From Iphione sp. A-MEVVRFRX5 (taxonomy: Eukaryota), in contig OZ320317.1 in NCBI GenBank assembly GCA_976226885.1, positions 43,400,001-43,464,000 on the forward strand: 64,000 nucleotides of DNA. Reading direction: 5' to 3'. The position numbers and the translations under genes were made by a program. Below the pieces are notes generated by a model, which worked only from the letters and a program-made list of their open reading frames with translations, was not told the origin of the DNA and made no database searches. Below are positions 1-13,380 of the stretch, piece by piece; positions within the stretch are counted from its first letter, which is position 1; each line of letters starts with the position of its first letter.

Positions 1-692
1 AATGTAGGGTTGGTTGGGTTACCGGAAACAGATTTTTTACTGGGCCTAACTATAGATAAAATGGGACGGAGAGGGCACGAATGTGGTGTTTTTACGTTGG
101 CGCCAGATTCATGGGAGAAAAGGATCCAGTGGTCTCAAGGGAATTTCAAGGAGGAAATGCGAGGTTGTGCCACTTTTCAGGAGAGAGATGTTATTACAAG
201 GTATTACAAGAATAAGTTTTGCTTGATCTGGTAATGGAGTATTTCGTTGATAGCATGATTTGTTGATGCTGATAGTTAGTGATGGTGTAATGCGGTCCTC
301 ATGTGACCTAGCAGCACGATTTTCCCGAGTTGATCTACAAATTCTAATAGCTTTGTATTGGAAGTAGTATATGCTTGTGTTTACGTGTCACGGCTTGAAC
401 CATACGCAAACGAGAACCCTGTTGCGTCAATCAGAAGGCCTGCGAAAGATCCCATTCCTTCGTAAAACTGCCTAGTGCGTGCCAGTAAAACCTATCTCTC
501 TTGTGATGACGGGAATATCATCTCTAGTAACGAGGTGACTAACAGCCTTACCTGCGTGGTCTACACATCAATAAGCATAGCCTCTGGCAGTTTCAGATGC
601 AAGGACAGCTTAAGTGAGAACATTAACCGTTCAACTTTATTAGTGCTGATTCTGTCTTCCCACTAAAATGTTGTCATGTTAAGAAACCTAGT

Positions 693-860
693 TGAATGAA
701 TGAATGAATCTTTATTAATCATCTTCCTATTACAAAGCTATTCGTGAATGATAAGTAGAAACAACATTCACAATAAGTGGAAACGACATTAACATTTCAG
801 GGTATAAATATGTATAAAGCTTAGACGGAACGTAATATAATTATGATTATGCAATTAAGA
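693..860 (-). mobile_element. Probable 3' end of a LINE or SINE
   Basis: Minus strand reads AATAAAG followed by (ATTC)n at 716-693, the usual microsatellite tail of L2/CR1/RTE-type elements. The inner boundary is a guess. Confidence 0.4.
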
Positions 861-999
861 TTACATCGATAACAACAGTTAATAAAATAAATGCACTCTG
901 CCACGGACTAGCATATACTGAACAAGTTAGCCGCCTCTCACGGACCTGATTCTGTTGTGTTTTGCATCAGTTGTCTGACCTCACTCTTGTCTAATCCTG

Positions 1000-2890
1000 T
1001 TCGCCCTGCTATATCTCAATATTGCACTTGGGTTTTGGATTCATACTGGATCACAACCCCCTTGATAAAACTGATAAGTTTCAAAAAACTATTTCAAAAA
1101 AAGCTTGTGACATGAATCACACTGATACTTACAAAATTTACAAAATAATTCAAGAGATGTATGATAGACACTATCAGATTAGCAAGACAAAAATACATAC
1201 AAAACAAGAATGTTTAAAACAGAACCCCCAAAACCATTGGAATGTTCTAAGTCAGTAATTGGTACTAACCAAGATAAGGAACATAAATCAATCAATATCT
1301 CCATGGTTGATGGTTAGATTTATCATAGAGATTTACCTACAGCTTTCAACAGCCAATTCATCAATATTTGTGACTGAACTGCTCTTCAGCACAAGCCATC
1401 TTGTTTCAATGGTAAATATGTCACACAGAATACAGTTCCTGAGGTATTTGTTCTCTCAAATGTTAATCCTGACCAATTAGCCTCTTCAGTATCAAAACTA
1501 TCAATTATGAATAAGCAAACATTTAAAATTTCAACCTGATAACATTCAAGCTCTTCCTTAGACACACTATTAATCAAATGACCTACATTATAAATAAATC
1601 AATCAACCTGAGCATATTCCCTTGGGACTGGAAAAAAGCAAAACTAGTGCCATTACATAAAGGACGGGCTAGGGATGACATGAACAACTACAGGCCCATT
1701 TCTCTCCTTCCAGTCATCTCAAAATTACTGAAAAATGAATATACGGTCAACCTGATGATTTTCGGAGAGAAAGTAGTCTTCTGACAAGATCACAATATGG
1801 TTTCAGGAGAAGGTTTTGCACATAATACACAAAAATTAAAATTTATAAGCTACCTCACTTAAAGGACATTAAGCAAGCTGCTCCCCAAAGGTCTATCCTT
1901 GGGCCATTGTTTTACTCAATTTTCATCAATGACCTGGTATTTAATGTGAATGAAGAATGCATCTGTTTGCTGTTGATACTGTTAATAAAAAATCTTTTAT
2001 GAAATTAAATGACAAGATGCAATCTGTCTGCAATAAGCTGTCAAACTGGTGGGGCTTTTTTTTTAACAGATTAGCAATCAACACTAACAAAACCAAGCTG
2101 ATGGCAGTCTCTTTGAGTCAGCATAAGAGAGATTTTGTAAAGAATGAAGTAATTACTATTGATAATGTCCAGATATGCTGCACTAATACTTACAGATATC
2201 TTGGTCTACCTATTGATGAAAAATTCACCATGATAGAACAACTGACTTCGGACAATCAAAAAGCAATGCACAAAATGTGTATGCTTTCCAAAAACAAACA
2301 TCTGCTTACTGAAAACGTTTTAGTTAACGTGTACAAACGAACTATCCGGCCATATCTATATTATGGTACAGCCATTATAAAAACTGCCAGAAGGGGCTTG
2401 CTTGATAGAATGCAGAGAATACAAAATTGGATGACTTCACTAATTTATAACAGTAAAGAAAGACATCCAAAGAAAAGCAATACTGATGAGCTACAGATGA
2501 GGTACAACTTACAACCAAGTGATATTGGATGGAAAATCTTTACTGGTACATTGAACTAAAAATGCTGCAAGAAATATTAGGGAAGATATTAGACCTAGGC
2601 TTCATCTTCTAATCCCTACATCCAATCTTGTCCTTAATTTGATTGCATACATCAGCCCAAGACTGTGGAACACTCAAGACTGTGGAACAGTCTCAACCTA
2701 GTCTTTAGGAATATGACTGGTAAAGATGAGTTTAAAGAATTTCTAAGAGTAAATTTGCATGAAATATAGAACACCACTGCAATTCCCTTCAAATAATATT
2801 CACTGTATATACATTCCAAACCTGTACAAAGCTTCTACTATCCTGATGTACAATTAACTGAATAAAAAACCTGAAATGCATACATACATA
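1000..2890 (+). mobile_element. Decayed non-LTR retrotransposon (CR1/L2-like LINE) ORF2 with reverse transcriptase remnants
   Basis: WKKAKLVPLHKG...NYRPISLLPVISKLL, SQYGFRR, PQRSILGPLFYSIFINDL, YRYLGLPID; frameshifts, stops and an internal RT deletion; ends near AATAAA plus a (TACA)n-like tail. Boundaries approximate. Confidence 0.88.
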
Positions 2891-3029
2891 ATGTACAATC
2901 AGTTTAACTCTTATTCTAATCTGCCTGTAAAAACCACCTCTTTGAGGTGAAAGTTTAATAATATAGTCTTAACTCTTATCATATATTCCAGGGTTGATGT
3001 AAAAAGCATGGCATTAAAATTTTTCAATT

Positions 3030-3378
3030 TTTTTAATTTTTCATCTTTAATCAGGAACTAGATATTCAGCTATCATTTGTGTCTGTTCTTCTATATCTTC
3101 CTGGGGTAACATACTACCATCTATTAATGAGAATTGAGAGACCAGAATACCTGTGTTGGCCCCATACTCTTGTTTCTTGGGTCTTTTTTTGTACATGGAG
3201 GACAGAATCCTATATACCCACAGCCTTTGTTACAAGTTGTGGACCACTCTGGGTTGGAGCTACAGTAAATCAATTTGGTCATGATCAAGAGTCCTGGGCT
3301 TAGGATTTAACCTGCAACCTATCGATCAGTGGACTAGTGCTAGTCAGCACACTTACCAACTGAGCTACCTCCCCACCC
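3030..3378 (-). mobile_element. tRNA-derived SINE
   Basis: Minus-strand head GGGGAGGTAGCTCAGTTGGTAAG (A box) ... GGTTAAATCC (degenerate B box), then about 250 bp of unrelated body and an A-rich tail. No complete cloverleaf. Confidence 0.7.
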
Positions 3379-5049
3379 CAATATCTGTAGTGAGGATGGA
3401 AATAAAAGGAGCCTTCACTTATACTAATGACATGAAGTGACATACATATAGCATGTGAATAGTACATCCCACAACACCAGTGGCAAAATAAATAGGAATG
3501 GCCTACGGATAGTATGACTGTGGAAAAGTCCCACATCATATCCGTCATAGCAACAATGTGAGTAGAAGAGTTCTAGATCGTGTCCATCATAGGCCTTGCT
3601 CATAACAAAGTCCTAAATCTTGTCCATCATAGCATAGCTGGTAACGATGTGAATAAGAGTCCTTGATCTTAAGCGTGCACGTGAATCAGAGTGCCATGTT
3701 TCCGGTGTAAAAATAAATATAAGTACATGTAAGGAAACCTATTGCTACCATAAACTGAACAAAATGAAACAGACTCATTGCCAATACTTGTGGCCTTCAT
3801 GTAATGTTGTGCTAAATTAGAATTCCGACTGGCTCAGTAACAACGGATAGTATCCTAGTCATGCAACCTGCTCGCGGCGTCGTAGTGAGATGATATCCTC
3901 CGACAACCACTAAAGTTCACCTAATACCCGCGTCGTCATAACGACAACTCGTGCTTGTAATGCATTGTATCTTGGAAAACCATCATGTAGAGGCAAATGT
4001 AACACAAAAATGAATGCGTGCATGTGCAGTTTACTTCTACCACTATTCCCTAAACTGTCAATCAATTGTCCTATGACAGAAAACGTTCTGATAATTCTGC
4101 AGAGTATGTTATGTGGCAAGTATATGTTTACATTGATGCTGGGGTTAATATCAGACACAGTTCTAGCCACCCAGTCATGTAGGGTGAAGGACGCCTACGA
4201 AGCGAAACTGTGGCTTCCCACCAATATACTTGTTTAGTATGCTGATTGTCTACAAGTACGCTACACAAGAATGAATCGTTCAGTAACAATTTGCTCAGGC
4301 TGCAAAGCATTGAGCGGACTGCAAACAGTGCGTTGCCTCTGTGTGATTTAATGTTCTTGACAATATTTAACTCAAATATTTTCCATTAGGTGATTTCACA
4401 GGAAGACGGGATAACTGGTGATGTTTGTCACTTTGTGAAGATCAAATAGAGGTGGCGTACTGATAGGAGAGGTCACATCTATTAATTTAGGCATCATGGT
4501 TTTGTGCTGTTTGAAATTTCCTGGTATCTAGTTTACTAGCAAAACAATGAACTGTTTATTAATTTTCATGCATGAGGTATGTAGGGAAGTATGAATGTCC
4601 TAAGTAGAAACAGTTGTCAGTAAGGAAATAGGGCCGGTGATAACTTTGAAGCATCCGCCCGTTACTGGAAAAGTCACATCTACATCATACTCAGGTATTT
4701 GGTCAACGAGAATCGCAGATGAGTGCCTCACAAACTATTGAATTATTCTCCATAATATTAACATCGAGGAATAGCTGCTGAGAACAAAGCAAGCGAAAAT
4801 ACCAGTTTCCAGGTGTGGGATAGTTTGTTGAAGGGAGGGTCCGTTAAAGACAAGTTCCCAAAGTCACATAAGACTGGCCTTCCATGTGTATCGTTTTTTT
4901 TTCCTGTGCCATGGGCTGGTCCGAAAAATCAACCCATTTTTTCGGACACCCACAGATGCCCACATTCCATGTGTTTGGGTCGGAAACAGTCAGGAACAGA
5001 CAGAAATGGTAGGAAAGAGCCACAAACCTGGTCAGAAACAATGAGTATG

Positions 5050-5075
5050 GTGTGTGTGTGTGTGTGTGTGTGTGT
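5050..5075 (+). repeat. (GT)n microsatellite
   Basis: Read directly from the sequence. Confidence 0.95.
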
Positions 5076-5084
5076 CTCTTAAAA

Positions 5085-5240
5085 CAGTCTATTTTTTGTG
5101 CTGGTCACAAATAATTCTGACCAAGTCTCTTAAATCAGTGCGATTTTTTGTGTCAGTTGCAAAGAATTCCACCCAATTCTGTTAAAACAGTGCATGTTTT
5201 GTGCCGATCATCCAGAATTCTGACCAATTCTGCTTAATAT
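5085..5240 (+). repeat. Diverged array resembling the same repeat (about 3 units)
   Basis: TTTTTTGTG-NN-TCA...AATTCTGACCAA-TCT-TTAAA units at roughly 45-50 bp spacing. Confidence 0.5.
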
Positions 5241-6661
5241 TTCACATCATCTAACATATGTTAGCCTCCCTTTAGCCTTTCCTGAGAAAAACCATCATTT
5301 TCATCCTACTACTGTTTCTGGACTCTGGAGTCCAGAGAAATTTATGGCCCAGGTTCATTTTTGGCCTCTGGAAAGCTCCAGAAACGGAACCTGTAGCATG
5401 GAGCGCATATACAAGGAAACACTCCAAGTCTTTGTCACTGGATTGTTTTTTCTTGCAACACGAGCCCGTGGTCAAGGAGCAATTTCCGGACAGAAGGAAA
5501 GCCGGCCTTACTCTGATTGGCGCCTTGCTAAATATTGGTATATTATGTTTGGTAACGCCATGATGGAGTGGCCTGGGACAAAAAGTAAGTAGCACAACAC
5601 TGCGGACAAACTCACTACCTGTTTTGCTTTTGGTTTCGAATCATATTTCCATGTAATGGTGACGACCATCTCTTGAAAAAGACTCTTTTCCTTTTGCTCC
5701 CTGACATCCTATTTCCGAAGATTCTGCTTCTCTGTTACCTCTACAATGTATGTTGCTACCTAATAATACGTACACCTACATGAGGACAGTCTTCTTGGGC
5801 TGCTGTTGGGAGGGGTACTGGGAAAAAGTGCGCCATGACAGGATGACTTTTATTACCTTGGCTGTGCTTCTGGCCTTTTGCCTGCCATCTTGTCGCTCAC
5901 TAATCCTTATCTCCGCTTATCATTGAGGCCTGGCCCTCTCTTTGCTGGCTTACCGTCTGTAATCAGCTTTACCGTACTTGGGCGCTAACCCTGGCCCGGT
6001 CATGTCTACATTAGGACCACCGGCTGCCACTTCACACTTGTTTTAACTAGGCCTGATCCAACCTCATTCTTTATGGTCGACATCAATCAATCCTCGGCTT
6101 TACTCTGTTATTTTTGTCTAATCTTAGCCACTCCTCTCTCGTGCTTACCATTAGCTATTTCTGTTTCTTTTGTCCTTTTTATCGCATCGGCTTACATCGT
6201 TAGGTGCTTGACTCCTGTTTCTGGCTCTCTCTTCTTCTTTCTCCTAAATCCATGGTCTGTCTCGTTTAGGCTTCCATGTCTAGACTTCTGTGTTCAAAAT
6301 CTGTCTTGAAAGGCTCCGGATTAGTTTTAGTCATCTGTCCCTCTCTAACCCATTTCCTCTTCGCTTTTCGAGCCTATATATCTCTCATTCAATCGCTAAA
6401 ATTGTCTCTCCTCGTTTAGGATAGGTAACATATCATGGAGGACGAACCAGTAAATACTTGTTGCCAGAGGAGGGCAAAGATTCTGGTCTGTCCTTGTTGA
6501 AGAATTCTTTCTATTACCCTATGGTTCTTTTCTTTATGCCACTCTCCATACGCCAAAATGTGTCCTTTTCTATGTTCCCTTGTGTTCGCAAATATTGTAA
6601 TTATTCTGTTTTCCTCGATTCACTCATCCTTTTCTGTTTTTCCTTATTCTATATCCGGTCA

Positions 6662-7091
6662 GGCCCGGTTTCCTTACCTAAATTGGTGCCTGTGTGTGGG
6701 TATTTCAATGAAGGGTGTCCATTGTGGGTGTGTGTGCATTGTGTGCATTCGTATATTGTATACGTTCATTTTTGGTACATAATTTCCCACACACATAGAC
6801 ACCAATGCATTGCATATTTCTTCACTTCTGAGGGTCATTTCCACACATGACCATCCTTTTCCACACTTTTTCCCATCAATTTTGCCATTTTTCATGGCTT
6901 TAAGCATTAAATGTGCCCCTTTTCATCATTTTCCCATCACTTCTTCATTCACGCACACAAGTGCACAGCCTCAATGCAGCCTTAATGGACATACCTATGT
7001 GTGAGGCTCTGTGAGGTCAAAAACACGTGCAAACACACAAGGATGGCTCACGCAGCTTCCCGCACCTTCCTGCAGGTAAGGAAACCGGCCC
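6662..7091. mobile_element. PIF/Harbinger-type MITE (family A)
   Basis: TIRs GGCCCGGTTTCCTTACC / GGTAAGGAAACCGGCCC; flanked by TCA and TAA. Confidence 0.75.
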
Positions 7092-7094
7092 TAA

Positions 7095-7225
7095 GGCCCG
7101 GTTTTCATGAGTGTGTAACCATGCAGATGCATGACTGTGTATGACCATGCATATTTTAAGAGGCTTAACCATGGTCACACACATTACCTGCACATGGAGG
7201 GTTATGTATTCATGGAAACCGGGCC
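7095..7225. mobile_element. PIF/Harbinger-type MITE (131 bp)
   Basis: TIRs GGCCCGGTTTTCATGA / TCATGGAAACCGGGCC; perfect TAA duplication (7092-7094, 7226-7228). Confidence 0.8.
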
Positions 7226-9126
7226 TAATGCACATGTCCTGTTATCCTTCATCATGGACTAACCTTTTTCTGTCTTTTATTTTTGACTTCGCCTATTTTC
7301 TCAATTCGCTTAGACTTCTACTGAGTCTCATCTTTTCTTGAATATTCATGTCCTCATGCGTTATCCACAGTCCCTTCTAAATCCCGATCTCTATCTGCCT
7401 ATCCCACTCCCTACACACTACCCTACGATAGTAATCCTAACTGACGGAGATTCTACCATTTGTTATCAGATATAAGTTCTTGACTAGGGGCACAAACGGG
7501 GTACATGATCTACCGATCGTGATTGACAACGTCGTTGATACGGGTAGTCCTCGCCTTTCAGCCGCTGGTGCTGGTGTAGTGCCCGACGAGTGGCCTACGT
7601 ATTTCCGGTAGCTCTAGTGCCAAGGATGACGTAAGGCTGCCCGGACCTTTGATCAGGACAAAGGTTTCCGCAGAAGAGTGGGAGTGATACAAGTAGCCTC
7701 GGCGGCTTCTGGACTGCCGTTTCTTTGCATTTTACGACAAGGGTGTTTTCGTGGCAGAGTGTCAGTAAAAATGATTGAGAACATCCATACATGTACATGT
7801 CCCCTCTTTAATATGATGGTGGGGGTATCGGGACAGGCTCCCACAAGCTGGTCACCATGCATCCAAGGGTTTCAGATGACAGAAAAAGGGCAGAACTGAG
7901 ACAAATGTAAGTACCTAAGAATGCAATATGAAAAGACAGCAAACATATATCTTAGTCAAGAAGCGCATTGCGAATGTATTAGAGCAGGTTGATGCCCACA
8001 GAGGAGACTTGTGTACAACATATATAAAATAGGTTACACCTATAGACAAAATTTCCACCGAAAAGCGTACTATAAAGATGGACCTGCGTTCAACTTAGGG
8101 TCGAATGAAAAACATGCGATGAGTACAGGACACTGATAATGGCAATATGCTGTCCGCTTGACCCGGCCCGTAGCTGTTCAGGTTCTTTCTCATCCACCTT
8201 TACCGATCTGCTCTTAGCAGGATGCAGCGGTCGCCTCCCTATCACACTGACCAAAATAATTTGGTTTGTGTAACTAACCCAGTGTGAGTCATCCAGGAGC
8301 TTTGTCCCTATCAAGTGGAATTCCCCGTTGGCAGTCAGTGAACTAACAGAGACTGAGTATTTCGGTGAAATATTGAATTAGGATATGATCAGTCAGTGAC
8401 CAAACACTTCCATGTTATCAAATGAAACGGTCATCTGTGTCATCAAATTCGGAGCTTAGTCATTCATTACCGTTCAATCAAGCTAAAACACTGAATCCTA
8501 TAGGTTTATGTTACTCAGTTGTCAATGCCTGAATCCCGCCCAAACCTCTATTTACATAATTATACGGTAAAATATGACCACAGTAATCATACAGCCATGT
8601 TTCAGTCACTCTTATTTTAAATAAGGAATAAAAGAGTTTACCGCACCTATAACCAATGAGGAGGCCTACTTGTAGCAGTTCAGTACGAGGTTATCCACTG
8701 TTGGAATTAAATAGAATAGGATCCTTGGTATTGTCGATGTCAATGGTCTACTATGACCTTGCCAGACCCGACGCTGTATTTATTTCTATGATAGGCTTGG
8801 GAACCATTTTTTCACTGGCATAGTTGCCTCATATAAAACGTCATTGACTTTCGGAAGTACCTTTATCTAACTAAACACGTGTGTGGAATCCCAAGTTAAA
8901 AGGTCAACAAATGCTTTTCATTCTCCTCTGGATCGATAGGTTGATAGGGATATAGTTGGAAGCATATCGACGCACGGTACATAGAATTCTACTGTACCTT
9001 ACTCTACTCTATATTTTTCCTTGTCAAATTTCAACGAAAGAAAGACTGGATGTCATCCGCCCACATCACTTTATGAATTACTTTTTTTGTAAATACGTCT
9101 TGTAAGTCTGAAAATGGTTATCTTTC

Positions 9127-9301
9127 CAGGCCCGTAGCCAGGAAATTTTGTATGTGTGTGTTTGGGGGGGGGGTATTGGACGATACCCCCGATATTTCAG
9201 GAGGGGAACATCCTGGTGACCAACTCTATTAAAGTGTGTATCGAGGAATCTTTGAGGGGTTATCAGACGATACCCCTGATACCCCCTTGGATACGTGCTT
9301 G
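9127..9301. mobile_element. Short non-autonomous TIR element (CAGGCCCGTAGCCAGG family)
   Basis: Starts CAGGCCCGTAGCCAGG and ends GATACCCCCTTGGATACGTGCTTG; same family as 55558-55929. No clean TSD. Confidence 0.55.
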
Positions 9302-10373
9302 ATTTCCAAATAGTTTTGACAAATCTTTATATTGACTGATTAGTGCACACGCCTATTAACATCATCATGGATGTAGAGGGTGATAAAATGCAGATGCGGA
9401 CCACCTACAGGTGGGACATTTCTAGGTATTTCATGATCCAAAGTTCGAATACTGCACAGCTATGACCATACGAGATTTTAACCAATGTTGCACAGGTACT
9501 GGTCGTTTGCAAGCTAGGTTATTGTCATCAAAGACACAAAAAATAACTCTCAATAGCCTGGAAATATAGCGAGCACATTGCGGCATTGTTGTCAATGATG
9601 ATGGTTGGAAATCTGATATCACAATTTTGTCTAAATAGAACTGGAACGCCAGTAGACGCAAACATGTGCATGTAGACTTTGTTTGTCAACCTTAGGTGTG
9701 CTCCAGCAGAAGAAGCTGTTGTTGACAGTGTACTCTGTTTTCAGGTATTATTTCTCCGTTTTGGAAGAAAAACGCATATTCTAATCGAACAAGAAAAGTC
9801 CCAAATCCTCCCAAATCCAATACCTTTTACCACATGAATGGTTTGCCGAATTCATTCACACGAGCTCTTCCATGGTATCATCGAATAATATCATCACTTT
9901 GTTACTTGTTCTATGAAAAGTGAGACGATAATACTGCGACGACTAGATGCTCATAACATATCGACCACAGAGGAAACTGAACCTTCAGATCCACAAACCC
10001 CCTCTCCATTAACATGTTCCACATTATATGCGGCTCTACACCTACATATAGACAGAGATTTATTTGTCGAAAGTCTGGCAGCAATCAATGTGGGTACCAT
10101 TACTGCTGCCGCCTGTATGTTGACAGAGGGATGTCCACGCAACTTATGAAGTTGTATGTAACATCAAAATGGGTGCATTTTACAAGTATAGGTTTATAAT
10201 ATAACGGCCCAGCTTCCTCTCTACCCAGGGATGTTGGTCATTGAACATTAATGGCAGTAGGCATATGTGTTTTTTTATATAAAGCATTTTCCATTCGGAT
10301 GTTGTTCTGTCACAGCTCTTGGAATATACCTCCTAGCCTTCTTATGTGGTGCGTTTCTGCAACATTGTCACAA

Positions 10374-10948
10374 GGCCCAGTTTCCTTACTTGTGTTTCCC
10401 ATCCCTTGCACTACCTTGCATTTTTATTGAACTAGTGGATTTCGGTGTGAGGTGTTATTTACCTGAGTATGCACTGAGGTGTGTTATGTATCTGTTCTTC
10501 ATTATTAAACACCGTTTGATAATTTAATGCACACGGACACCAATAGACTGTAGAATATAGGAGATACATACATGAAATACAGGACATACAGGTCTCCGAA
10601 TCAGATGAAAATGGGCACATTTCCCAACTTCTCTGTTCTGCTTTCTGCACATATCCACACATTTTCAGCCCTTTCCCGACATAATTTACTGATTTGCATG
10701 CTTTAAGCATCAAATTTTTCTTTTTTTCATAAATTTTCTCATCATTTTTGCCAGTTTTCATGGCTTTTAGCATAGAATTCATCCTTTTTCATAATTTTCA
10801 CTGGTTTTCACGCAGCCTCAACGCAAGGTCAATAGACACCCCCTTCCATTGAGGCTGATAGAAGGTACAACACATGTTAACACTTGCCATTGCATACTGA
10901 TGCTTCAAACAGCCTAACACAGATCAACACGGGTAAGGAAACTGGTCG
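10374..10948. mobile_element. PIF/Harbinger-type MITE (second copy of family A)
   Basis: Ends GGCCCAGTTTCCTTAC / GTAAGGAAACTGGTCG; internal blocks shared with 6662-7091 (TTTTCATGGCTTT-AGCAT, GCAGCCTCAA-GCA); CAA/TAA flanks. Confidence 0.7.
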
Positions 10949-11785
10949 TAAGTTACAAAATGCGCGGCCTCCAACGATACAGTGCTTCAATCGGTTACAA
11001 CGTCAGGACTACTGATCTTTCAACAGGGTCCTTCCTGTTCCTGTTGACAGAATTACAGCAATAGCAATAGCAATGCATCTCTATAGACACCCTGGATACT
11101 TAATTTTCCTGAAACTGCGTAGGCCAGTTTTACAGGATGGGTTATAACCTAATCGTTACCGGGTAGTATTGCATCTTGAGTTTGAGACATAAACCTTCTC
11201 ACAAATAATTAGGCATATGTTTATCATAACACAGGGATAGAATGTGTAAGTGTAAAGAAATATATATGATTTATGAAATTGTAAGGAAATGTCTGAAAAT
11301 AATCTTCATAAAGGGTGAAAATCCAGTTGTAAACGGAGCACAAACCACTGTACAAAAATTGCCTACTAGAAAGAAGGAAAATACAGCTGATTCGAGACAG
11401 CAATCTTAAAACGTGGTGATCTTCTTGGTGCTCTTAGAGTAGGCTGTAAGCTCAAGTGCTACTTTCATTGGTACCTTAACAATTATATCTTCCGTGCTGC
11501 GGTAGTCTTCTTATCTTATGCAATTAATAACATTAAAATGGAGTATAATTTACTGTGTAGTGAAGCAACAATTAATGCTTACGTATATCTATCTACAGTG
11601 ATCTCTAGAAATTTTTTTGAAAAAACAGAATAAAGCAAATACGAAGTTGACAGCATATATTTTTAGGATGTTAGATACACCGTCGTCTAGGCGATTATCA
11701 AAACGCTTGAGGTTTTCTTCAACAGTTTGCCATTTGACGTGGGATATAAATCCATGGAACCTATGGCATAACAAAGGAAGCGAAA

Positions 11786-12238
11786 ATGAGGATTCCCCCT
11801 ACTATTACTGTCGATGGTGTGGACTATAAAGTACAACGTGGACTGTGGCCATACATACCCGGAGCATTTATAGGCACATACACACACAGACAACTGCGGG
11901 GACTCCCCTGCTACCGAACAATGTCAGAAGAAATTTGCCAATTTCCACCCCATGTGCAATCTCTCAGTTCGTTTACAACAACAGTAGGTGTTGCAGTGAT
12001 ATCACTGTTGGAAGCTGAAACTCATGGACTAAGAATGTCCTTTGATATGATGCTGTTAACAAAAGTTGGAAAGATGTCTTGGAATGCGTTAACATCCCAT
12101 AGAAGAGATTTTGCTATCCCACAGAATAAAGCAGATTTCCTTGACCACTGTAAACATGTGTGTAGAAATGGTATAATGAGGCTGCAAAGAAGTACCGGTG
12201 TTTCTGGTAACATGTTGAAAGAAATGTCGGATCGGTAG
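11786..12238 (+). other. 150-codon ORF of unknown identity (possible pseudogene or terminal exon)
   Basis: One of the longest stop-free frames in the first 25 kb outside recognisable repeats; ordinary globular composition; no motif recognised. Confidence 0.25.
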
Positions 12239-12856
12239 ATAGATATGTTATTATTTTTGGTACATACAAATTTTTACAGTGATAGATTCACAGACAATTA
12301 TGAAACTATCACTTCTATGGCTCCGACCTTATGAAACTTGTGTAATATGAAAGTTGAGGCCTTAAGAAAGAAATCGATGATTAAGTATAGGCCTCTATCG
12401 TAATTAATTGTGAAGATATTCACAAATAAAGAATAAAATAAAATCTTCGTCAGGACCAACAGGAGGGTTGGTCGGGTTATCCGAAACACTGGTATTTTTT
12501 TTACTAGGCCTCACCATGTAAAGAGAGGGCAAACTTTTGGACTGGACAGAGTCACAAGATTCTTATCAATGATACGAGATACGAGTCCGTAAATGATAGC
12601 AAGGTTTGCTCCTCGGTCAACCTCAGCCACCAAGCAGTAGACACACTTCTGCAAAAGGTTTATTGAAAACAAGTCAATCGACTTTTGCGTACCCGTAAAG
12701 AACTGACGTATGGCAGAACGACACCACGATCACTGATACAGGACAATTTTGCTTGATTCCTTAAAATATTAATGGAATTGTACGAGTCAAATGCTACATG
12801 CGTCGGTTGGGCTTATATACTCAGAAACATAGACATATATAACAATGGGAGCTTAT

Positions 12857-13380
12857 GGCCAGGTTTCCATGTGTGCATGTTGCCGTGATGCATCTACATG
12901 TAGTCATGTTTGCAGTGTATTTTGGGGGAATACACGAATATACACGTGTTTCAATGCATGCATGTCATGTATCACATGTTGCGTGTCAGCATGCTCCATG
13001 CTTTTGAATGAGACAAGTTCAATTTTCCACCTTGTCCAAGCTGTGTTTTCCTTAGCAATAAAGACAAAGTGGGCTTTAAATAAGCATGAAAACTGTGTAC
13101 CCTGCACATAACTGCACACATAACCACGGATTTTACCCTTTCGGGACTGATTTTCCATGAAACTCATCAATTTTAGGCATAGTTTCCATGAAATATACCA
13201 TTTTAGGCCGAATTTTCATGAAATTTGGCATTTTTGCATGCCACACGCCAAAATACACCAAAGAATGCCAAAACTCATTTGGATTAGTGAGGAAAGGTGA
13301 AGAAAAAGTGAGGAAACATACTGCAGGTACTATTACATGTTCCCTTGGCCTAAAAACACCATGTACATGGAAACACTCTC
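12857..13380. mobile_element. Degenerate Harbinger-type MITE
   Basis: Left end GGCCAGGTTTCCATG, right end CATGGAAAC; CATG-rich interior similar to 16981-17227. Confidence 0.5.
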
